In this document: in pieces, positions 25,745 through 34,800 of the stretch | Position numbering within the stretch: the stretch's first letter is position 1 | Layout of the letters: each line of letters begins with the position of its first letter | Assembly (NCBI RefSeq): GCF_009834535.1 | Contig: NC_045696.1 | Location: 2,420,001 to 2,484,000, forward strand | Length of the DNA stretch: 64,000 bases | Reading direction: 5' to 3' | Origin: Camelus ferus | Taxonomy: Eukaryota | Notes under the pieces: generated by a model | Told to the model about the DNA's origin: nothing | Database searches by the model: none | The model's input: only the letters and a program-made list of their open reading frames with translations | Program-made: the position numbers and the translations under genes

Positions 25745-26300
25745 TTTTCACTGGACAAGTGTTTTGTCTCCTTGGTTAAATTTATTCCTAAGTATTTTAT
25801 TTATTTTCTGATGCTATTGTAAGTGAAATGATTTCCTAATTTCCATCTTAGATTGGTTGCTGTGTTTGTGGACAGAAACACAGCTGATCTCTGTGCTGAT
25901 TTTGTAGCCTGCAGTGTCGTTGAATTCTTTATTAGTTCTACCTGTTGTTGGTTTGTGTGTCTAATCTTTAGGATTTTCTACACGTGAGACCATGTCCTTT
26001 TTGAACAGAGATAATTTGACTTCTTTTCCAATTTGGGTGCCTTTCATTTCTTTTTTTTTAACTTACATGTATTCCTTTTCACATTCTTTCTCATTATACG
26101 TTACTGCAAGACACTGGATGCAGAATAATACTACAAGAGACTGAATTTCACTTCTTTTCCTTGCCCGACGGCTCAGGCTGGAACGGCCTGCACGGTGTTG
26201 AACAGAGGTGGGAGAGTGAACCCTCGTCCTGCTCCTAATCTCAGAGGGAAAGCTCTGGGCTGCCCTGGGCCGTGGTGTCTGCTGTGGGCCTGGCCTTTCA
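25745..26300 (-). mobile_element. LINE-1 ORF2 (RT region) fragment carrying a short younger L1-tail piece at ~26050-26140
   Basis: 'ttaaatttattcctaagtatttt', 'aacagagataatttgacttcttttccaatttgggtgcctttcatttc', 'tgttgaacagaggtgggagag'. Confidence 0.8.
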
Positions 26301-27327
26301 GCCATCAAGGTTCTCCTGGCCACATGGAGTGTTTACCCTTGAGGGACGGCACGGTTCACTCGGGCTGGTCAGAGAGGCCCGGGGAGCTCACTGTCATCCT
26401 CCTTCCCTGTCCTTGCACAGCACGTCCTCCTGACAGTCTGGCAGCCCCAGCCAGCATCCCGGTCAGCATCTCAGGCCTGAGGGCCGTGCTCCAGGGGCAG
26501 TTGGTGCAGGACGGTCTGCCCAGCGGGAGCACCGCCAGCGGATGCTGTGTCTGCGGGCATGGCAGGACCTGCACAGGCGGGCTCCAGGCTGGTGTTGGGG
26601 TTGGGGGGCTGCTGCGCCCAGACCCACTGGCAGGAACTGGGGAAGGAGGATCCTCAGGGCCCCTGCTGGGTGTGGGGGGGACAGCACAATGGGGGTGGGA
26701 GGGAGGGGTCATTACCCAGAAGCGCCCAGGGGGACTCTGGCCAGGAGAATTGATGCTCCATGGTTATCCATCCATCATTCAGCCAATGTTGATAGAGCTG
26801 GGGGTCCTGGATGTCAGTATGGGGACCCCTTTCTGTCCTGGGGGGCCTGTCTGACGGGAACTCAGGGGTCCAGGCTGGGTCCCAGAGCTGAGTGGGCAGG
26901 ACGCTGCTGAAGGTGGCAGGACACCCAGAATTCGGGCACTGCTGGAGTGCTGGCCCTCCTGTATGTCCCCCACCCCTGCACCCTCTGGTCACCCTGTGAA
27001 GTCAGCATTATGCTAGGACAGTGGCATTGTGGGGAGCGTGAAGGGAGTCCCCCCTAGTCTGGCCCTGCTGCCCCCATCTTCCCACTGCACACACACTGGC
27101 TGCCTGACCCTCAGAGTGAGAAGGACCTGTGTTTAGGAAGCCCCAACCGGGTGAGAAGGGTTTCAGGCTGGCCCTGCCCCCCAGGGTTGCCAGCCTGGCC
27201 TGACAGTGGCTCAGAGACACTGAGACAACACTGAGCATCTGTCATCCAGGGTTAGGGGCATGACTGAGCCCCATCTGTTTGTTGCCCCGCTCCCCACAGC
27301 CACTTGCCCGAGGGGGGACTGTGACTC

Positions 27328-27913
27328 TGATGCTGGAAAAACGGTGTGGGGCATGAGGAGGGCTGAGTCCCAGGTCTCGGCTGAGCCCCTGGGACGCGCC
27401 CCGCCGAGTGTGGGTCCTTGGCTTCGTGCAGGAAAGAGTTCAAGTGCGAGCCGCTGTTGAGTGAAGGCAGATTTATTTAGAGAGATGCACACTGCATAGA
27501 GTGTAAGGCCAGAGAAAGGCCAGGCAAGAGCTGTGGGAATTGGGTGCTCAGGTTACAGTGAAAGTAGGCACACACACACACCACAGAGTGCGGGCCGCCT
27601 CCAGAGGGGAGGGAGCGAGAGAGGGCCGCCAGGTGCGCTGCTGGTTTTTATGGGCTGGGTAGCTTCACAGGCCTCCAGGTGGGACCATTCCAACTGCCCG
27701 GGGGAGGGGGCTGGGGCTCCCAGGGCCTGGGCCCCCGCCCACTCTGACCTTCTGTGGTCGGCCTTGGGGCTGTCCTGGCGCCCGTGGGCATGCTATTTAT
27801 CATGCTGATACGCTACATACACTGAGCATATGATGAAGCTCAAGGTGGGCTAGAAGTCAGACCTCCTGCCGTCTTAATCCTCCCTGTGCCCTGCCCCCTT
27901 CCAGCCTGTCTCA
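27328..27913 (-). mobile_element. ERV1-like solo LTR
   Basis: Minus-strand termini TGAGACAGGCTGG...GCATCA, with the same 5' 13-mer as the LTR at 11721. Minus-strand AATAAA ('atttattt' ~27472). Imperfect 4-bp flanking duplication actc/actg. Confidence 0.7.
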
Positions 27914-28113
27914 ACTGCTTGCCTTCCACTCGCTCTGGAGTAAACGTCACCAGTCCTTTCCACACAGGAGGCCCTGCTCTTGGAATTCTGTGTGTGTGTG
28001 TGAGAGACAGACAGACAGACAGAGATAGAAATAGGGGTAGAAGGGGGCAGTCATGAAGAGAGGAGCTGAGGCAGGGAGACCGAGGGCAGGTGGAGTATCT
28101 TCTCTGGTGAGAC

Positions 28114-28590
28114 TGTTAGTTGACAGACGGACCCTAAATTGGAAAGCCCCCCAAATGTGTGGGTCCTTGCCCGCTGACTGGGAAAGAATTCTCAATAGAG
28201 GCAGAGGGACAAAGTGACCCAAAAAACGGCTGCTTTTATTGCTCAGAGAGAGAGGAAAGAAAACACTGGGCGTGGGGAGCCGCGGGCCGGGAGCCCATGG
28301 AGACAGCTCCAGCCCCCCTACCCCCGACCCCCACCCCGGCGTGGGGCCTCGCGGGGTTATCTTCATCCCGGGGGTGGTGCTAATTCCTTTCCGTTACCGC
28401 TCTTCCCGCAGTTACAGGAGCTCAGCCCTGAAACAGAAAGTTCAGAGGGAGAAAGAGAGCAGAGAGGATACTGGGGTCTGTCCTTGGAGTTCCTGCAGCA
28501 GCCCTGGGACCCAAATCGTCCTGTGGTAGGACTGTGTCCTTGGAATTCAGGAGCGGCTGTGGGATAAGAGACGCCCCTGCCTTTCATCAG
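28114..28590 (-). mobile_element. Probable second ERV LTR
   Basis: 'tgtgggtccttg...ggaaagaattctc...ttttattgc' parallels the U5/poly(A) region of the neighbouring LTR ('tgtgggtccttgg...ggaaagagttc...tttatt'). Right boundary uncertain. Confidence 0.5.
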
Positions 28591-28864
28591 CCCAGCCCTG
28601 CCCCCCCTTGTCAGCCAGATCAGTCAGCCTCCCAGTCGCCTCTGTCATGACCAGCCCTGCAGCCCAGCCTTGTGACCCCTGGGTGGGAGGTCGCCCTCTG
28701 ATGGCCCTTCCCTGTGGGAGAGGAAATGCCTTTCCTCACAGTGACCCAGGACAGCCCTAGGGGCTGAGGCCCTGGGCTGGCCTCAGGCAGAACCTAGTAG
28801 CAATGCCCCTGGGGCTCCCCACCAAACCCCCACCCCCGCCCTCCCTCCCCAGGCTGGGGCGAAG

Positions 28865-29679
28865 TGTAAGGGGTTAATGCCTCATGGGAAAAGCTGTGTT
28901 TCCTGTGCCCCACTGTCCCCGCTGCTGACCCCCCGGCTGTTTCCCCACACGAGCTGCGCTCCAGTGCCCTGCAGACACCAGCCGGCTGTCCCACAAGTCG
29001 ATTCAAGGCTGACATCAATTACCGGAGTCAGCACAGGGCCCAGAAGTGAGGGGCTCAGTCCCACAGGCTACCCCTGCTCCAGAGCCGGCCATGGTCCCCA
29101 GTGCACCCCCACTTCTGTCTGACTTGGCTTCAGATCAGAGGGTCCTGTCACTCCCCCCCCATGAAAATTTGCCAGGATGGCTTACAGTGCCTCCCTTACT
29201 ATTGCCAATTAACCACAAAGACAACACAGGAACATCCCACGACGCGGGGAGCGATGCCTGGGCCGGGCGTTGGGGAGGGGGCCCGGCTTCCAGCCCCTCC
29301 ACGTGTTCACCACCTGCAAGCTCTCTGAACCCTGTCCTTCTGGGGTTTTTGGAAGTTCCATTACATGGTCATGATTGATTAAGTCATTGGCCGTTGGTGA
29401 CTGAGCTTTCCCTGGCCCCTCTGTCCTCCTCAGAGGAGCGGGTGGGGAGGTGGGGCGGAAAGTTCCAGCCTTCGTGGCAAGATTGGCTCCCCGGCACCTG
29501 GCCCCCATCCAGTGGTCATATCGGGGCTTTCCGAAAATGATGTTATGAACGTCAACCCAGGTGTGGCTGAATGTGATTTGCCAGGAAGAACCTCTGAGGA
29601 AGTCCCAAGGGGCCTGAGCGCTCCGTGCGGGGACAGGGTGAAGGCCGATTACATGCCCCTGTTGTGAATCAGTGCCACA
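28865..29679 (-). mobile_element. MER21-like solo LTR
   Basis: TG...CA termini plus characteristic phrases 'ggctcagtcccaca', 'gctctctgaaccctgtcc', 'catgattgattaagtcattggcc', 'gaaagttccagcc'. Confidence 0.8.
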
Positions 29680-29990
29680 GGGGCCTTCGGAACTTTCCCT
29701 TAGGGACGTGGACATTCGGCCACACTCCTGGTGGTTAGGAGATCGGGCTGGACAGGCTCCAGAGAGGCTTGGGGGGTTAACGTTTAACAACCGGCCCTCC
29801 AGGGGCACCCGGGCAGCTGCATCTGCTAGTTTACTCAGTGTAAACACCACAACAGACGTCGCTGAAGGCCGGGTCTGGAAGAGCTGGGTTGTGCCTGCAC
29901 CTGTGCGGGAACGTAGGGGCCGGGAGGAGGCTGGGCAGCCAGCCTACCGACAGCGGGGTCTGGGCCCCTTTGGTGAGGGCGCCGTTTAGC

Positions 29991-30049
29991 CTTCCGAGCA
30001 GGGGACAGGCACAACGGCGCGGAGCCTGGGGTCTCAGCCGGGGACAGAA
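29991..30049 (+). repeat. Inverted repeat, outer left arm (diverged)
   Basis: Reverse complement aligns to 31859-31918 with 7 mismatches and 1 indel over 60 columns (manual). Weaker similarity continues to ~29946. Confidence 0.9.
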
Positions 30050-30070
30050 ACATGGAGGTCACTTGTGGTT

Positions 30071-30292
30071 GGACGGTGGAGTCTGAAGCCCAAGTCCTGG
30101 GGAGCGAGAGGCCCTGGGGCAGTGTTGACAGGAAGGCCAGTGGGTGAGCCTCGGGCTTCCCAGCACCCGGGGCCAGTCCTGCAGGGCGGTGCCCGGAGGG
30201 CGGCCAGCGAGGGGCCGGGTGGGTGCCCTGGAGCAGGGGAGGGGGCGCATCCGGGAGGGCCGCCCGCTGTGCCCAGCTGAGGCCTGGCCCCA
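30071..30292 (+). repeat. Inverted repeat, inner left arm (222 bp)
   Basis: Manual alignment to the reverse complement of 31272-31493 gives 219/222 identical with no gaps. Confidence 0.98.
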
Positions 30293-30759
30293 TGCACCTC
30301 CTTGGAGAGATAAGAACCCTCCTGTTTGAAGAGGGGCCGTACTCAGGCTGCGGTGTAGATGGCTCTGCTGGGATGGGGAGGAAACGACACAGGCCGCAGG
30401 GGCTGGGGAGCGCCCCGGGGGGATGAAGCAGGGGTCCCAAGGGGGTGAGGGTGGGCCAGGGTGGGTGAGGGCGGCTGCCGCCACAGGGAGGGGGGCGGGT
30501 GGAGGGCAGAGCCTGGGGCTGCGGGAGCGGGGCTGAGAAGGTGACCTCGCCCTCCCGCCGCTGCTCCTGCTTCCTGTCCTGCCCGGGGAGGTAGCTGAGG
30601 GCCCGGGCAGCCTCACGGGCATCTGAGCGAGGCAGGCCTGGTGCTGCTGTCCCGGGAATTCTGGGAGGGGCCCCAGGCTGGCCCGCCGAGGGGTAGGGGA
30701 GAGGGGAGCGTGGAGGGAGGGGCAGCTCCTCTCACCCCCTCGTGACCGCCACCTACAAC

Positions 30760-30800
30760 CGCGATTGTCTCCATTTTAGAGATGAGAAAACTGAGGCCCT
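30760..30800. mobile_element. MIR core fragment inside the inverted-repeat spacer
   Basis: 'ctccattttagagatgagaaaactgaggc'. Confidence 0.7.
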
Positions 30801-31271
30801 GCCCGGACCCCCACCACCTAGGCCTGGCTCTCCCTCCCTGGCAAATGTGTCTCTGGCTCAGGGAGGGGGCAGGGCTGACAGAGCAGGGCCAGAGGGGGCT
30901 GCAGGAGACCCTGGCCCCCAGCGCCACTGTCAGGTCTTCCTCTGGGCGGAACGTGCAGGCCTTGGTCCCTGTTCCTCTGTGACTCCCCTTGGATGTCCCC
31001 AACCAAAACAGATGAAGCTGTTTCATCGCATTTGGTTGGAGTGTGTCAGTGGGGAGGTGGCAGAGGGCAGGTCCCGCCCAGTCCCTGGGCCCCCAGCACG
31101 TGGCTGTGCTCCAACCGCTGGGGGAGGGGCTGTCACAGGGCGGCGTGTCCTGGGTGGCCTTGGGGGAGGTGGGCAGCATGTGATGTGATGCAGTTTGCAG
31201 GGCAGGAGCGCTGGGTGACCTGGGGCAGGGGTCCTGGTCTGCGACAGTATGGCCGTCCAGGTTAAAGGGTG

Positions 31272-31493
31272 TGGGGCCAGGCCTCAGCTGGGCACAGCGG
31301 GCGGCCCTCCCGGATGCGCCCCCTCCCCTGCTCCAGGGCACCCACCCGGCCCGTCGCTGGCCGCCCTCCGGGCACCGCCCTGCAGGACTGGCCCCGGGTG
31401 CCGGGAAGCCCGAGGCTCACCCACTGGCCTTCCTGTCAACACTGCCCCAGGGCCTCTCGCTCCCCAGGACTTGGGCTTCAGACTCCACGGTCC
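31272..31493 (-). repeat. Inverted repeat, inner right arm (222 bp)
   Basis: Reverse complement of 30071-30292. The ORF track shows the same peptides on opposite strands (30065+ vs 31284-; 30059- vs 31269+). Confidence 0.98.
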
Positions 31494-31858
31494 GTCCGAA
31501 GTGGGAGGAAGGGGCAGGGCACAACCACTGAAGGAAGGACACAGCCGTTGAGGACAGGACACACTGGTTAGAACCAAGAAGGCAGAAGACGCGCCCTCCA
31601 GTAGACCTTGGGCCCGCTGGTGCACCCACAGGCGCCAGGACAGTTCCCTGGCTGACCACAAAAGGTCAAAAAGTGGGAGGGGGCATGTCCTGGAAACCCT
31701 CGCCCCTTCCCCAAAGTGGGTGGTTAGCACTTTCGCACGGGAAATCACGCAGCCCCTAGAACCTAACCATCCCGCATGGTGGTCGCTCTCACGCTCCCCC
31801 TCTCGCCTCCAGGCAAGAACCTATTCTCCCCCAACACATCCACCAATGGCTCCCACGG

Positions 31859-31918
31859 TTCTGTCCCCGGCCGAGACCCCGGGCTCTGCGGTCATCGTGC
31901 CTGTGCCCTGCTCGGAAG
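31859..31918 (-). repeat. Inverted repeat, outer right arm (diverged)
   Basis: ttctgtccccggccgagaccccgggctctgcggtcatcgtgcctgtgccctgctcggaag versus reverse-complemented left arm ttctgtccccggctgagaccccaggctccgcg-ccgttgtgcctgtcccctgctcggaag. Confidence 0.9.
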
Positions 31919-32089
31919 TCTGGAGAGTGTCCACACCCGCAAGCCCCGACGCCGCTCTCGGTTCCCCCTCCCCGCTCCGCCCGCTGCTCCCCGCCTCCCT
32001 CTTCTCTCCCTCGTCCTTCAAGCCCCCGACCCCTGACCCCTGCGTGCAGCCTGGCGCCCAGAGCAGTCACAACTACCATTTGTGTTTAG

Positions 32090-32600
32090 ATAGACTTAAT
32101 TTTAGGTTTACAGGAGAGCTGTGAAGACAGGGCAGGGGGTTCCCGTCTGCCCCGCACCCCGTCTGCCCCGTGACTACCTGTTACTAACCCCGCACGTTAC
32201 TGTGGTCCATTTGTGACAGGAATGAGCCAATACTGACCCACCGATCAGGATGGGGTTTTTTGTTTGTTTGTTTTTAGCTTTTTCCTACTTTCTGGCACCG
32301 CAAGTGCTCCAGGCTCATCTCTGATATCTCCTGCCGCTTTCCCCGGAGCCCCAGGGCCTTGTCCCGGGACGCGTTTAAGAAACTGACGTCTGGCACTGGG
32401 TGTGCTCACTGCTGGGGGGCCGTTGCGTCCAGGCCCTCGCAGCTCCTGCGCACAGAGGTGCTGCCCCGTGTGCAGCGGACACAGGCCTGTGAACGTTTCT
32501 GTGTAACTGGTTGTATCTCAATAAGCCAAATATGGGTCTCTGACCTAATCTAGACCCCATGGGTCATTCCCGCCTCCTCCTCTTGCTTACCTGGAAAGTC
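32090..32600 (-). mobile_element. Old L1 3'UTR fragments (L1MC/MD-like)
   Basis: 'ttttaggtttacagg...catttgtgacaggaatgagccaatactga' and 'tactttctggcacc...ctccaggctcatct...ggtgtgctcactgct'. Confidence 0.65.
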
Positions 32601-32659
32601 TGCCTTATCTTTTGATGGTGTGAAGCTTTCTCAGGACCTTTGCACATGACAGACAGACG

Positions 32660-32790
32660 TGGCCAGACACCGCTGGTCACCGGTCACGGCTGGCGATGGC
32701 TGTGGGCGTGACAGGCCCTGGGTGTTTATTATGCTCGTCGCTCTGTGTTGGTACATGTTTGACAATTTCCTAATAAAAAGTGAAAAATCA
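32660..32790 (+). mobile_element. Old L1 extreme 3' end
   Basis: 'gtttattatgctc...tacatgtttgacaatttcctaataaaaagt'. Confidence 0.55.
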
Positions 32791-33899
32791 GCCAACAGGT
32801 GGACGGTTCATTCCATGATCGCCATTGGTTGAGAAGGTAATACTTTCCTTGGGGTCTCATAGGACTTCTGCAGCCCCAGGACTTGTCTACCTAATATCAC
32901 TTACGCCGCAGCAGGACTTTAAAACCAGCAGAGCTAACAGCTCGGAAGGTTTAAAACCAGCATAGAAGTTAATACAAAAGTGAAACTAAACATGGATGTT
33001 TCAGAATCTATTTTTTGCAACTGTAGCCATAATTTTGATGATAATTATATTCGTGTATGTTCTGTTTGCGGTGCAAGAAGTTTGAAGTGTTCAGAAGAAT
33101 CTTTCGCCCTGAATCAGCGTTTGCAGTTTTAATGGTTTGAGGGAACTTGCTTAGGCTTATGATCAAGCCCTAAATGGCTAAAATGAATTGCGTTTCAAAG
33201 TTGCTCTTGTTTTTGTGTTACGTTTGATAAATAAACATCACGAAGGTGCGAGGCTGTGTTAGAACTCCTGCTTCATGTTTCTTCCCAACGCTTCTGGGAC
33301 CAGTCATCATCTTCATCTTTCTGTCTGTTCCAGGACGTCTGCCCTTGGGGTGGGCCCACCAGGTGAGGGGACCGGCCTTGGCCAAGGTCGAAGATGGGGG
33401 TGGGGGTGTGGCTGGCAGGCAGAGGATGGAACTTGAGGAGAGGCTGGTGTAGGGGACAGGCCTTTCCTGCTGGAGCTCCCTTCACCCCAGGAGAGCGGGC
33501 AGCTCGGGGAGGGTGCAGGACGCTGGCTCCCCCGCCTCTCTCGGCAGATGCCTGGGTCACAGCCCTTCTGAGTTGCCTGTGGGGCAGAGATGCCAGCTGC
33601 AGGCGGGGCCATCCTACCACCTCCCACACACACAGAGAACGTGGGGCCTCCAGACAGAATGTCCCCGCTGCAGCCAGGGACACCGCGTGCGTCCTTCACT
33701 CAGCTGCCTTTTTGTTGTTCAAGTTTTTTTGTTGGAGTTACAGAGATGACGCTGAGGAAAGAGAGCTTGGTGGTCACGAGGCCCCATCCCAGGTAACAGC
33801 GGGAAGCTGACAGCCCAGGCAGCTGCCTTTGGGGTGGGGCGAAAAGCGTGGTGACAAGGGCTCCCGGAGCAGGCCCGACCACCACCGCCCTCCGCCGCC

Positions 33900-34400
33900 T
33901 ACTGCCTGAACTAAAATTCACCTGTTTTACGTGCATTTAATTGGTGACTTTTAGTAAATTTACCAAGTCATACAGCCATCACCATAACCCACTTTTAGAA
34001 CGTTTCCGTCATTCTGAAAAGACCCCTTGTGCCCCTTACAGGCAGTCCCTGTTCCCACCAGCTCTGGGCTGCCATGAACTTGCTTTCTGCCTGTAGATTT
34101 ATCGTCCAGACATTTCCCGTAAATGGGACCATCCAGCACGTGGTCTTTGTCTGACTTCTGTCCGTCAGCTTGTTTTGACGGTGGACGGGGGCTGCTGGCG
34201 GGGGTGCACCTCACTCCTCACGGCTGAGCACTGCTTGGCTGTGGGACCGCACCTGGGCGGCCCTGGCATCTGCTGCTGGGCGTCTGGGGCGTTCCCCCTC
34301 CCCGGCTGGCAGGAGCCAAGCTGCTGCACGCCCTCGGACCTTTGTGAGCAGGTCTTCAGCTGGACGTGTGTTTTCACTTCTCCTGGGTAGACACCGAGGA
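33900..34400 (-). mobile_element. L1ME/MC-like 3'UTR fragment
   Basis: 'aaaattcacctgtttta...ttttagtaaatttacc...cagccatcacca...ttttagaacgtttcc...tggtctttgtctgacttct'. Confidence 0.75.
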
Positions 34401-34601
34401 GTCTCTGACTGTCACTGAAAATGTATTTTTGAAGTAGATGAGACATGCCCAGAACCCAGAATTCAAAAGAAAAGGAAGGAATAGAAGGAAGACTGAGCAG
34501 TGGATTTCCTGCCCCGTGGCTCCCCCGGGCTGTCACTGTCACCACATCCCCAGGATCCCCCCGGGAGGCTTTCCACGCCTGTCACTGTATTTTATATGAG
34601 G

Positions 34602-34800
34602 TGTGTCTTAGCTGGGGTCCCCTGAAAGCAGAGCTGGAGACAGACTTGTCTGCAGGTGGGTAACTTGCAGGGGACCCAGGAAGTGTCCCAGGAGGAGTGA
34701 GAGGGCGGGGCCCTGTGCGTCCATGTCCAGGAGCTCACTGGGACGCCTGGGCTCAGTCCTGCGGGGCACCGCTGAGCCCCGACCCTTGAGGCTGAAGGAC
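34602..34800. mobile_element. Possible ERVL LTR fragment (LTR16/LTR33-like)
   Basis: 'tgtcttagctggggtcccctgaaagcagagctggagaca...gacccaggaag' resembles these LTR termini. Confidence 0.45.

Noticed and set aside
30034..31748. Duplicated peptides on opposite strands suggesting a gene pair
   Set aside because: They are a by-product of the DNA inverted repeat; there is no coding signature or consistent start/stop.
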